Position numbers and translations under genes: made by a program. Below, piece by piece: positions 1 through 12,239 of a stretch of DNA of 64,000 nt (position 1 is its first letter; each line of letters begins with the position of its first letter). The stretch lies in the NCBI RefSeq assembly GCF_006345805.1, contig NC_043001.1:63426001-63490000 (forward strand), read 5' to 3'. This DNA is from Octopus sinensis (taxonomy: Eukaryota). The notes beneath the pieces were generated by a model that saw only the letters and a list, made by a program, of their open reading frames with translations, made no database searches and had not been told where the DNA came from.

Positions 1-400
1 AGACAGAATAGAAGATATATTGAGAGAAAAAGACAGTAGAAGACAGCCGGAGAAAGAGGAAAACAGAGAGTAGATGTGTAGGTGAGATATTTAAAAAAAC
101 ATCAATACAGTTTAAGCAGAGGGGTGGGGAGTAAACGATAAAATGTATCGATATATATCTGAAAGCTCATTCTGCTTTCTTATATCTTTACTACATTCCA
201 TACAATAAAATGCAATGTGTTTCACATCAGTCACGGTGGCAGAGAGAAGCTAAACAACAAACGGAGTGGGAGTCAGAGATACTCAATGCAAGTGAACTGT
301 TGTGAGAGGATTTACTAAGAAGTCGTACAAACCTTACATAAATAATATTTATTTTAACAATTTCACACACATATATAAATTTATATATATGAAATTCCAT

Positions 401-1233
401 ATGCGTAATAAAAGTCATAAGACAATATATTTTCATATATAAGAGTGTATAAAGATATGTACACAAAGAGAAGACCTCTGACAGGACTTCTTACATGCTA
501 AAAAGGGTAGTTAAACCCAGTCACGAAAGATAATGCTAAAGGCACGCCGATAAGGCATTAGAATGAAAGGAATTATTTTTAGTTAATCCCATGCTAGAGT
601 TTTCCAATTAATGAGCAAATAAATTAGTATGTCATCGTAGTTCATCAGTGAGATCACCAAAACAATGCATAATTATGTAGCAATAATACATAGCGAAAAA
701 ACCAGGGGCGAGCTACATACTTATAATATTATGGATTCAAATCAAGTGAGCAGACGTATTCACATAGCCAGCAGCAAATAATTAATTTTTAAAAATTGCA
801 TACTATAAGCCTAAGGATTAGAAAGTTTTACTGTATAAATCATAAGAGTAAAAAATTTAATTCCTTTCATTTTAGTGCTTTATCGGCGTGCCTTTAGAAT
901 TATTTTTTATAGTTGGGTTTAACTGCCTTTTTAGCATGTAAAAAGTCCTGCCAGAGGTCTTCTCTTTGTGTATATATCTTTATACACTTTTGTATATGAA
1001 AATATGTTGTCTTATGACTTTTATTACGCATGCGAATCACTGGTAATAAATTATTCTAAATTTTTTACCCTTATGATTTACATAGTAAAACTTCCTAATT
1101 CTGAGGCTTATAGTACGAAGTTATTAAAAATTAATTATTTGTTACTGGCAAACAATTAATTGCGCACTTGATTTAAATCCATAATGTTATAAGGATGTAA
1201 CTTTTTCGGTACGTATTATTGCTATATAATTAT
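401..1233. repeat. Nested inverted duplication (A 401-574, B 669-858, A' 859-1031, B' 1058-1233)
   Basis: 859-1031 is the diverged reverse complement of 401-574, and 1058-1233 is the diverged reverse complement of 669-858. Confidence 0.8.
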
Positions 1234-1300
1234 TCTCTAAATGAAAACTTACTTTTTTTTCTTTCCGAGTAAAATACATTCGTAACTATATATATATATA

Positions 1301-1480
1301 CTTTATTTAAAGCAGCAGAAAATTCAACAAAACCTGTTACTCTGAGTTTCCCGTTGCCGTTCATCGGACAGTTTTTGGTAGAATGGAACCGATATGTCAA
1401 TTCTAAGAATTGACATAGAAACGGCAGCGGGAAACTCAGAGTAACAGGTTTTGTTGAATTTTCTGCTGCTTTAAATAAAG
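1301..1480. repeat. Foldback mini-element with ~61-bp arms (1301-1361 / 1420-1480) and an inner 25-bp palindrome (1393-1417)
   Basis: CTTTATTTAAAGCAGCAG...CCGTT is mirrored by AACGG...CTGCTGCTTTAAATAAAG; the inner palindrome is TATGTCAATTCT-A-AGAATTGACATA. Confidence 0.9.
1329..1376 (-). ncRNA. Type I hammerhead ribozyme motif, C4 variant
   Basis: Minus strand reads AAAAACTGT-CCGATGA-ACG GCAA CGG-GAA-ACTCAGAGT-A|ACAGGTTTT. Stem I is CTGT/ACAG plus AAAA/TTTT, stem III is palindromic, the triplet is GUA, and stem II is weak. Confidence 0.6.
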
Positions 1481-1550
1481 CATAATACTCTACCACTGGT
1501 ATTTGAGTACTCTTTTTCCACCTTGTTTCACATTTATGTATTTACTCCGG

Positions 1551-1619
1551 TGTACATACATACATACATACATACATACATACATACATACTACATACAT
1601 ACATACATACATACATACA

Positions 1620-1653
<34 letters not shown>

Positions 1654-1803
1654 CATACATACATACATGCATGCATGTGTGCATGTATTCGTGCATGCAT
1701 GTATGCATACATACACACATACATACATATATATATATACATATATACATACATATATATATATCTTATATCTCTCTCTATATATATATATAGATAGATA
1801 GAT
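1551..1803. repeat. (ACAT)n/(AT)n/(AGAT)n microsatellite
   Basis: Direct reading of the sequence. Confidence 0.95.
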
Positions 1804-1807
1804 ACAT

Positions 1808-4680
1808 TGTTACGGACGCAAGGAAAATGTAAGCGAACAAAAAAAAACAATATGCCCCTTGTTCCATTAATTGGAATCGAACCGGCGCTCCAGTTGTTCA
1901 GGACAATGGTATTTCCTTTGTCCTTTCAAAGAGCACGATTATTAATGGCCCCATGCAGTGATCTATGGCCCCCACACGGTCACGGGACATGTGGTAAGGG
2001 TGGGCACGCGGGCGGAGATTGCCCGGCAGGAGAGAAGGAAAATGAAGGAAGTGTACCGGAGGAACTTTATGTTGTTGAACCGATAGTGGTTGCCGGACCT
2101 GAAATGGTTGTTGGACCCGAAGTGCTTGTTGAACCTGTAGTGGTTGCTAAATCCGAAGAGATTGCTGAGTCTGAGGTAGTTACTGTTCCGTGTCTTAATG
2201 GTTTAACATCTGGACCCTTGTCTCCCGGGACTCATGATGACTGTGTAGTGCCCATTGGGAAGAAGCCACAGGTGTCGATGGCTTGTCAACCGAACTTACG
2301 TTCCGGGAAGCCTTCGGTGCAGAAGGCGGTAAAGAGGACCAAGCCTGGTAACGAGGTGAGAGCGCTGCGGACGATGGTAGTACCACCAAGATCAGGAAGA
2401 CTGCTCCACTGTCGTGTGAGCTTTGTGTTTGATGGCTGCTTGGGGCTGGTGGATACCGACAGGCAGTGCACGGTGAAAGCTCGAGTGAGGGTCGAACGGA
2501 CCCAGGTAGAGGCGGGAGCTGACAGAACGGTGGTTGGGTCAGCCAATTTCTCGGAAGTGGCACAAGCGATTTGTAGAAGGCAAATCGAAGGACAGTGCTA
2601 GGCGGTGGACCAGCGGCGGGGTCAGTTGCGTCACTACAGGAGGGCAGTTGAAGGAGGTGGTGGTCTGCCTGTGCAGTCGCAGGAGCGGTCCGCAAGGAGT
2701 CGTCGGTGCTTGGATGGCACTCGGGTGTTGCGGATGAAGCAGCTGGTCGCGAGGTGTGCAGGACGTTGGACGCGAGGTGTGCAGGATGTTGCTCGCACGG
2801 ACCTGGTGGAGCGCTATATCGACCTGGGCGGCCATCGCTCGATGAAGCAGCGAGCTCGGAGAATGGTCCTAGTTCAGCGGCGGGAAATGAAGGGGTATCG
2901 ACGATAGGGAGCAGTAAAAAGGCCGAGCGGTCCCTGATCGTCAGCAATTGTTGTGCAGAATGGAGACGGTACAGCAAGATGTTATGTGGGCTATAGAGCG
3001 CTGAGGAAGGTGACAGTGGAGGATTGGCCGGTTCCTACTGGTGCAAAAGAACTGAGAGCTCTGTTAGGACTGGGCACCCATTATAGGCGCCTCATAGGAA
3101 GCTTTGCGACGTTGGCTGCACCGTTACACAAGCTACATAGGGAAGATGCCGAATTATGGCCAGTGGTAGAGTGGTTGCAGCAGGAAGCAGCGAGACCATC
3201 TTGGGAGGAGGTATCCAGGCTCAGCCCTGAAACTGGGAACTATTGGGGCCAGTGGGATCTTCGTTTGAACGACGGGTTGCTTGAGAGGCACCCGATGGCC
3301 TCAATAAGTATTGGCAGTTGGTGGTACCCAAGAAGATGAAACTTGAGCTGCTGGAAGAAGCTCACAGCCAGGTTGCAAGTGGACATCTGCAGGAGGGGCT
3401 GACTGGGGCACATCAACAGGTTGGAGAGGCTCTGAAATTTTCGGGTGAAGTGATGAAGCGTCGGCATGACACCAGGACTAGTGAGGTCTTCTCCGAAAAT
3501 TGTGCAGGCGAACCGTCTGTGGAGGTACCACGGGTCTGGCCAGTTCAGCTGGAGCACGCCTTCAGAGGTTGGGCTCACCTGTTGAGAAGATCGTCTGGAG
3601 ATACGACTGTAGTGTGCTTTTGTCGGATCGAAAAGCCTAGGGAGGGAGTAGTGTTACGGACGCGAGGAAAATGCAAACGAACAAAAAAAAACATTATGCC
3701 CCTTGTTCCATTAGTTGGAATCGAACCGGCGCTCCAGTTGTTCAGGACAATGGTATTTCCTTTGTCCTGTCAAAGAGCACGATTATTAATGGCCTGAGGC
3801 AGTGATCTATGGCCCCCATACGATCACGGAAAGTTTTTTAAAAAATAAAAATGTTGGGAAGAGATGTACACACTGCTGTCATCGATATCTCTCTTCTTCT
3901 AGCTGCTGGCCGTTATAAATACAGCTAGCATTAAGTAAAGGTTTGAGTCGGCGAGAGTGAGTCAGTGAGAGAAAGACAGACGGTCAGTGAGTGGGAGAGA
4001 GACAGAACGAGAGGTAGCAAAGATGACAGTGGCAGACTGACAGACAGAGATGACAACGAGCTGCAGGCAAGTTGTTATAGTGGGAGTTTGTGAAGTTAAA
4101 AATTGTTGCGGATGCGAGTTAAGAAACAAATGTTCTGGTAATGTTGTTTTCTGTATGTTTTGAATTCTAATGTTTGAATGTAAATGTCTAAAAAGGAAGA
4201 AAAGAGACGATGTGCCGTTGAAATGAAAAAAAAGAGAGAGGCTCTGACGTTACCGTTGAAATGAAAAAAAAAGAGAGAGGCTCTGACGTTACCGTTGAAA
4301 AGAAAAAAAGAGCGTGTTGTTGGCTGTTTTTAAAAGAAAAGAAAAAAAAGAACTTGGAAATGTTTTTAAAAGGAGAAGGAACTTTTTGAGAACTGTTGAT
4401 TGTGAACTTTGTGTTAAATGTAAAATAATGTGTTTTGAAAAATCGAACTGTGTTGTGTCAAATGTTAAATGATTTGTTTTTCGAACTCTGTATTATGTTT
4501 AAATGCAACTGATTTGTTCTTCGAACTCTGTACATGATCTGTTAACCTTTGTTGTGAATGCTTTGGTTTTGTTTTGAAATAAAATTGTTTGAATTACGCA
4601 ATTCCGCTGTATGTCTCCTTTCTTTTGTTGTGTTTGTTCCTGGCTGCGTTCGCCGCCTTCCCCCCTTCCCGCCACAGGAT
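1808..4680 (+). mobile_element. Internally deleted Ty3/Gypsy LTR retrotransposon remnant
   Basis: ~180-bp direct repeats start TGTTACGGA at 1808 and 3652, with polypurine tract AGGGAGGGAGTAG at 3639-3651. Coding remnants: gag knuckle TCGKGGHAGGDCP, RT-RNaseH linker WPVPTGAKELRALLGLGTHYRRLIGSFATLAAPLHKL, integrase start LEEAHSQVASGHL. The right boundary is uncertain. Confidence 0.85.
2990..3400 (+). pseudogene. Gypsy pol fragments (RT connection, then pre-integrase and integrase zinc-binding region), frameshifted
   Basis: ORFs 2953-3339 and 3318-3797 carry Gypsy pol motifs; most of RT, RNaseH and the integrase core is missing. Confidence 0.8.
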
Positions 4681-4929
4681 GGAAAATGTAGTTGGCCAAT
4701 AGATCGCAGATTTTGTTCCGCTCGACCGCAGAAGCTGTGGCCGCAGTGACAAAAAGCAAAGGAATTGCTAACTGTGATGTCCCAGACAAGACTTGGGTTT
4801 AACCCACTTTCGCCATCACCTGGTTGACTACAAGATGTACTTGGAGAAGCATAAACCTCTTCCGCGGTGGCATTTGACACATCTTCAGGCCCGCGGGTCT
4901 CACCTTCCAATGTAATATCTGGCAATGTG

Positions 4930-7187
4930 ATATCTGGTTTCGAAACCAGATTGACTACATCATGATTCAAGGACGATGGAGGTCTGCACTCAAGAATGTA
5001 AGGACACGACCAGGGGCAGACTGCGGAAGCAATCATCAACTACTGTGTGCAACGATTAAGATCCGGATGAGGTCACGGCGAAAATAACACGGTACGACAT
5101 CACAAAGATCCCGGAGGCTTTCAGTGTCGAGATGCAGAATAGATTTCTACCGCTTCTCCAATCATACGATAACGGAGAGTGGAGATCAGATGCACTTAAG
5201 GAGAAAATGGTCAACATCACAAAGGAAGTTGCGGAGAGGAATATTCTCTGAAGAGGCCGTGGCTATCAGACGACACACCAGACGTCGCAAGAAGAAGGAG
5301 GAAAACAAAAGCAAGTGGAAACCATCAGAAATGGAGAGAACTTGACAAGCAGTGCAACAGACAGGCACTAGAGGACAAGAGGAACCATCTGGATCAGATA
5401 TGTTTGGAGACGGAAGATGCATCACAGAAAGGTGACATCAAGTCTGTTTTTCGTTTGGTGAAAGAATTGAGTAGAAAGAGGAAATGGACTCCACGTAGTG
5501 ACGTCATCAACGATAAAGAAGGTAACATCATGACAGAGGAAGAGGACATCAAAGCTAGGTGGAAGGAATAATACAGCACCGATTTGTACAGAAGGAGGCA
5601 GGAAGATCTCCCCGCTACACTCGCTGTAGCCGAAGACAGAGAACCGGAACCACTCAAAGAAGAAGTGAGGCAGTCGCTGTACCATACCAGGAATGGGAAG
5701 AGATTTGGCGTGGATGAACTTCCCATCGAGGTATGGAAGACGACGGGAGATATTGGGATAGAACTGTTGTGGAGACTGTGTGTCAAGATCTGGAACGATG
5801 TGGAGTAGCCGATCGACTGGTGTCGTGCAGTCTTCGTACCAATACCAAAGAAAGGCAACCCACGCGAGTGCTCTAACCACCGAACCATCAGCCTTATTGT
5901 CCATGCAAGCAAGATCCTGCTACGAATCTTCGTAGGTAGACTGCAGCAGAAATATAGCAGTGTCATCGCTGAGGAAAAAGCCGGCTTCGTCAAGGGCAGA
6001 GGAACAAGGGAACAGATAGTCAACATCAGGATGATGATCGAGAAGTTTAAGGAATGTAACATCCCACTTTACGTGTGTTTCATCGACTACTCTAAGGCCT
6101 TCGACTGTGTGAGACACAGCAAGCTGTGGGACGTCATGAAGGACATGGGATTTCCTGAACACTTAGTCGCACTGTTGGCGCGACTATATCAAGATCAACA
6201 GTCATTTGTCAGGACGTCCGTCGGTAACACTGAGTGGTTCGGCATTGAGAGGGGTGTCCGACAGGGATGTGTTTTGTCTCTATATCTGTACAACATCTAT
6301 GCAGAAAACATCATAAGAGCAGTGAAGGAGAACTATCACGGTGGTGTGCAGATTGGCGGAGAAAGGCTGTGCAATCTGAGATACGCCGATGATACAACTC
6401 TCATAAGTAACAGCAAGGACGAATTGCTGCACAAAGTGCATGAGTGCACAAAGTGACCTATTTCTGAATGTAAAGAAGATAACGATCTTGGTGGTGGATA
6501 AGTACAGGACAGACCAAGGTGACTTCACTGTAGACGGAGGGATGATTCAGGAAGTGGATGATTTTGTGTACTTGGGATCCACAATCAGCACCAGTGGATC
6601 AAGTACACCAGAGATACGGAGAAAGCTCGCGATAGCGAGGCAAGCGGTACATGATATGGAGAACATCTGGAAGAGTCGTGGCGTGTCAATGCTGCTGAAG
6701 ATAAGGCTACTTCGGGCTGCCGCTTTCTCTATTGTGACGTACGGCTGCGAGTCGTGGACAATGTTGAAGGCAAACGAGAAAAGAGTGAGCGCTTTTGAAA
6801 TGTGGTGTCACCGCAGAATCCTTAGAGTGTCGTGGATGAAGAGAAGGACGAACAACTGGGTACTAGAAAAGCTCGGTTGCGAGATGACGCTTCGGTGAAA
6901 CATCATGAAGCGGAAGCAACGGTTCTTTGGTCACGTCATGCGCCGGGATGGACCTGAGCGAACGATCATAATTGGCAAGGTGAACGGCAGACGTAAAAGA
7001 GGTAGACCACCCACTTCTTGGCTGAAAGACATCGCAACCACGGGATTGTCTTTATTCTCAGCTGTCCATGGGGTAGAGGACAGGAGAAGGTGGCAAGACA
7101 TCGTGATGACCACAGCATCACATAGTGATGATGATGTGATGGTAATATAATGATACTGACTAGGATGATGATGTGATGGTAATATAA
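4930..7187 (+). mobile_element. 5'-truncated RTE-clade LINE, pseudogenised
   Basis: Endonuclease C-terminus RNQIDYIMI...GADCGSNHQLL; RT motifs FIDYSKAFDCV, GVRQGCVLS and LRYADDTTL; C-terminus VNGRRKRGRPPTSW. It has in-frame stops, a frameshift near 6453, and a GAT-rich tail with a 24-bp duplication (7127-7150 / 7164-7187). Confidence 0.93.
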
Positions 7188-7479
7188 AGCAAAGGTAGTA
7201 ATTCTTACATTCAATGTTGTTCTTGCGCTGGTAAATTCGCTGGGTAGAGGTTTGCTTGAAGTAGATTGGTTGGTTTCGTTGAGTTATTAGGGCGGGGTGA
7301 GTATTATTTAGGTGCGGGGTTCCTAGTTTAATTAAGCACATTTTTTTCGCACGTGTGTATTCACTTTTTTATATTCTATAATTAGTTGTAACCGGTGGTG
7401 TAGGTGAAGGGTGTAACTTATCATTGATGACTCATTAAATCGTTAAAATGTATACTTCAGAACAATTATTTCCTATTTG

Positions 7480-8640
7480 ATGACACCCACTATCGTCAAA
7501 AAATGCGGAATTGCGATGGAAATGAAAGTAGCCCCTGTTTTTGCGAACCTAATAATGGGTTATTTTGAATGCACCATATATGAACTGGCATTGCAAAAAT
7601 ATATTTCACCATTATATAAGAGAAAACTGTTTTATCATTTGGAAGGAGACCATTGATAAACTTTAGGAATTAAAATCAACAATAAATTATATAAACCGTA
7701 ACATTCAATTCACAATGGGATATAGTAAAGAACAGCTCCCATTTTTGGATATTATGAGAAAAAATTATAACTGACATCTATCATAAACCAACGGACTCAA
7801 AGCAATATCTCCTTTTTAGCTCATGCCACCTGAAACAATCAAAATAAACATGTCCTTTAATTTGGCAAAAAAATATTTGCGCAATAGTGTCTGATAGAAT
7901 TACTCGAGACCTTCGTCTTCAAGACCCCAGAACAACACTAATTGAAAAACAATAGCCACTCTCACTTATAGACGATGGTATTAAGCGTTCTAAGAAATTA
8001 GACATAAAAACACTAAGGACAACAAAACATAACACCACACCTCATCTGAAAACACTACTGTATGTATCAACTCACAACTCTAGAAACAATGAGGCATACA
8101 ACACTATTGTGCAATATCTTCCTTTACTAACTAGAGACCCCAAAATGAACAACATCCTGAAAACATTCATCAAGTGTAAAATGCAACACAAGTCGCTAAA
8201 GAGATTTACAGAGCAACCACGAAACCAACGGTTAAAAAATGTGGACACCCAAACTGTGGAACATGCCCTAACCTACTTGAAGGCTCAGATTTCCTTTTCA
8301 AACAAGGAGAGAGGTTTACAATTAAAACCAACTTCACTTGTGCCTCTGATAACGTAATTTATGTAATAACCTGCTCGAATTGCGGACATCAGTATATAGG
8401 ACAGATGCGTACGACATTGAGACGGAGAATCACTCTACATAAAGAGCAGATCCGGTTCCCGCAATACAGAAAGATTCCTTTAAGGGAACACATAGAGAGA
8501 TGTGCAGGTAACATCAAACCAAATTTCAGTTTTCCCCTTCTACCATTGCAATGATACAATTTCTATACAAGAACGTTTAAATAAAGAAAATTTATTCATC
8601 AAAATATACAGAATACGTCTAAATATGCACGCATAACCAA
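7480..8640 (+). mobile_element. Penelope-like element fragment (RT C-terminus plus GIY-YIG endonuclease), decayed
   Basis: GIAMEMKVAPVFANLIMGYFE, DIYHKPTDSKQYL and NVIYVITCSNCGHQYIGQ motifs, with many stops. Confidence 0.85.
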
Positions 8641-8858
8641 CTTTGATATCTATACATATTTTAATTCACGATTACATACCACCACTGTACATATCTCTCT
8701 CCACTACTCTAACTTTTGAATTTTAGTGTATATTCCACCCCTAACCCCGCGAAAGACGAACAATTATCTGCCCTGTCCACAATAATAACGATCACCAAGT
8801 ACCTCCCCTTAGATTTTTCTACTTGTATATATATATATATATATATATATTTTCTACT

Positions 8859-8897
<39 letters not shown>

Positions 8898-9026
8898 ATT
8901 GGAATTGCAACACCATATGGTTGTACCTCCAACCGTGCTGTTTACTGCTGTGATTTTTGCTACTAAGGTATCGGTTAAACTTTTGATTAATCTACTACAA
9001 GATTATTCATCTTTCTATTTCACATA

Positions 9027-9079
<53 letters not shown>

Positions 9080-9083
<4 letters not shown>

Positions 9084-10655
9084 GAAATTTACAGGAAAAC
9101 AAAACGTGTATGAACAACAAGCAGGTGTATTAGTTTGACGCTCGGAAAAGTGAAAAAGTCTTTTACGTTTTGGGCTTACGCTCTTCAACAGAAAGGAATG
9201 AGAGGGAATAAAGAGAGAATAAAAAACTTGGGGGTTTAGAGGGCAAGAGTGGTTAGAGAAAAAAAGCTTTGACAGAAGAGGTTGAAAGAAGAGGCGATAA
9301 TAAAATATTCGTGACCTCAAAACGACGGTGCGTATGTGTGTACGTGAGAGTGTGTGCGTGGATAGAGGCTAGTGAGATTAACATGTGTGGATGTGTGCGT
9401 CTGTAACGTGTAGGTGTGTAGATGTGCAGATGATGGTGTGTGATATGGGTGCTAAGTAGTCAGTGGCAGTGCGTGTGGAGTAGTGTAGGGTAGTGTGATG
9501 AAGTGTGGTGGTTTGGGGTGTAGTGTAGTGTGGTGTATGTGGGGAAGGGTATGGGGTAGGGATGTGAGTGTGGGGTGGAGATGTGGGGGTTATCAATGAA
9601 GAGAGAAGGTGTGTAGGAGTGAAGAGAGGAAGTAGATGTCCGATGAAGAGAGGAAGTTTCAGATGAAGCTAGGATAGGAGGGTAGTCAGATGGAGAGAGG
9701 ATGGTAGTTAAGCCCATATTGTGCAAAGGAGCGAAGACAGAAGATTAATTTCTGTTCACGGTGAAAGCAGGAATATGGATGGCGCCTGTGCAAAGAAAAT
9801 CTAAACGCAGACAGGTATTGTAATGAATGACCGGTAGAACGGAAATTGTTCGACACCGAGATTTCCTTGCCGACTCTGATTCTCGGCCCCTCAAACGCCT
9901 TTCGGTGACTCCAGTCCGATCTGTCCACCTTGCACATCTTCCCCAACATACCCCTTCCCTCCTTAAAACGAGCCCACAAACTGCGTGACCTCCTGCTCCA
10001 CAGTTTCTTTCTAGCTCCACCTCCCGCCCACGCTACCGCACTTGCTCCTACCTCTCCAACATCACCATCCTTACAGACACCCATCATCGTCCCTATCGTA
10101 TCACTTTACCTGCACTTCTAGCAACATTATTTACTGCATCTCCTGTTCTTTCTGCATTTCTCTGTACACCAGCCAAACAGGACGCCGTTATATCAAGAAT
10201 GAAGAGAAGTTTAGAGGGGCCAGGAGAGGAGATATAGTTGAAAAGACGGAGAACATAGTTAGTGTCTTGGATGTGGAAGGGGAGGGAAGCCACTAGGGGG
10301 TGCAAGGACACGGTCGATGTATTCAGATATCAAATCCGCGGGGCAGCTACAGACGGAGGCGATGGGGCGGCTAGGGTTGTTGGGTTTGTGGATTTTGAGA
10401 AGGAAGCAAACTGTGGGGATGCGTGAAATGCGGACAATGAGTTTGGAGTTGGTGGGAAGCAGACGGAAGGAGGAGATAAGGCCATAGATAATGGAGGACA
10501 CAGTCTACTGGTAGGTAGCTAGGCGTGGGGTTGGAGGGCAGAGGGCACTAGAAGGAGGTAGCTTTAAGTTGGCGGTGAGCTTTAGCCATGTAGAGGTCTG
10601 CGCGCCATACGTCTCCACCCTTGTCGGCGGGTTTCATGATGATGTCATTGGAGAC
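9080..10655 (-). mobile_element. Rearranged PLE: minus-strand RT 5' part (10190-10655), inverted endonuclease N-terminal segment (~9880-10190, +), minus-strand endonuclease C-terminus and pLTR (9080-9870)
   Basis: NDIIMKPADKG and KIHKPNNPSRPI on the minus strand; CTSSNIIYCISC on the plus strand; homologous to 15670-18345. Confidence 0.8.
9158..9196 (-). ncRNA. Hammerhead relic of the 44029 family (GAAA mutated to AAAA)
   Basis: Minus strand reads CCTTT-CTGTTGA-A-GAGC GTAA GCCC-AAAAC-GTA-AAAGAC. Confidence 0.45.
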
Positions 10656-10663
10656 ATCGATAT

Positions 10664-10706
10664 CTGTGTATCGCGATTTCCGGGTTATTTCCCTTCATCA
10701 ACACAG
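10664..10706 (-). ncRNA. Type I hammerhead motif (U3.G8 variant, AUA triplet)
   Basis: Minus strand reads CTGTG-TTGATGA-AGGG AAATAA CCCG-GAA-ATCGCGAT-A|CACAG, with a perfect stem I and an 8-nt palindromic stem III. Confidence 0.7.
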
Positions 10707-10933
10707 AATAATTGTTCGGCTAGAGGTTGACTCTTTATTACGATAAAAATATAATACATAGAGGGGACAACACAAGGCATGTGGGGACATATAACAATTA
10801 AAATAAAATTATGAAAATATGGATGATACATGATAAGGATATATGAAGAATGTGCCACTTACACCACCTCAGCAGTATAATCATCGACCTTTCATATCCA
10901 ATTAAAGTTAATGCCGTATAGGCCCATTATTTT

Positions 10934-12118
10934 ATGAGTTGTAGCTGTAATTCAAAGGGGCTAGCCTTGTCACATTCAGTGTGAGGCTGAATCTCCCTGA
11001 GAACTACCTTATGGTATGCATGTCTTTGGAGTACACATTAATTTTACGAGCAGACTATTCCGTTGATCAGATAAACAGGAATCTATTCCGTCCGGTACTT
11101 CATTTATGTCGAATACCATTTGTCTGCATTTTGAGCTTTCCTTACAGTCTCTTATTATTTTCATTCTGTGTCCTGGCACAATTGCGCCTAAAACTATATT
11201 TTCTTTTTTCATTCCCTTCATGTCTATCACTTTTACATCTTTCCATTGCACTAACTGATCTACCACATCCTTTTTTCACCTTTTAATAAGGCGCTAACAA
11301 AACAAGTGGGAAGGTCGTTTTGCAGTTTTTTTGTGTGACTGCTGGGTGGGTTTGGTATCTGCAGGGAGAGGGTGGGGTTGAGAGGGTATGGGTGGGGTAG
11401 GTACGGGCTGTGGTTTACTGAAGCTGTCCTTTTCCCTCTGTTTTCTTCCCGTATCTTGCCATCCATCTTCCTCATTTCTTTCTTCTATCCTTTCCAGTTC
11501 TTTCTCTGCTCTTTCCTGGTTGGCTTATTTTCAGAGGGCAGTCCACTCTAATTCTGCCCTCTGATTCTGTCCTCTAGCCACACTTACATCATTATTTCTC
11601 CAACTGTCACCGTTTCCGCGAGCAACTCTAAGTTTTCCACTTTACTCTGTATTATTAGTTCCAAAATTAGTGGTTGGAAGAAAACGAAATTACATCCTAT
11701 GTAGGGGCAGGAAAATTTTCTTGGTCGTTAGGGTCTCTATGGATGTTAATCCGGTCCTAACACCAGCATTTGTGGGTCTCAAAGATCTAGAGGCTGTTGT
11801 TATCAAACTGAGCGTAAGTCGTGGGCGAATACACGACGAAATAGCAATTATTTCGTCTTGGCTTTCACTGCTTATATTAAACACATGACATTTTTGCCTT
11901 ACAATATGGAACATTCCCTTTTCTTTCACTCTTTTTAAAAAATGGCACTCTGTCGGTTACGACGACGAGGTTCCTGTTTATCTGATCAACGGAACAGTCT
12001 GCTCGTAAAATTAATGTGTACTCCACAGACATGCATACCATAAGGTAGTTCTCAGGGAGATTCAGCCTCACACTGAATGTGACAAGGCTAGCCCCTTTGA
12101 ATTACAGCTACAACTCAT
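10934..12118. mobile_element. 1.18-kb non-coding element with 148-bp terminal inverted repeats
   Basis: 10934-11081 and 11971-12118 are reverse complements with 2 mismatches. No transposase ORF or clear TSD is present. Confidence 0.75.
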
Positions 12119-12239
12119 TTTTGCCAGCTGAGTGGACTGCAGCAAAGTGAAGTAGATTACTTTGCTCAAGAACACAAATGATGGGAAGTATTTTTTTGAT
12201 AACAATAATATGTATACAATTGTTTAGAATTGTTTTTAA

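Noticed and set aside
1855-1950. Possible tRNA gene on the minus strand of the LTR
   Set aside because: Only a B-box-like motif is present; I could not build a cloverleaf or find an A-box.
4542-6062. Minus-strand ORFs 4542-5039, 5394-6062 and 5422-5904
   Set aside because: They are mostly antisense to the RTE LINE; the part at 4680-4925 remains unassigned but shows no domain I recognise.
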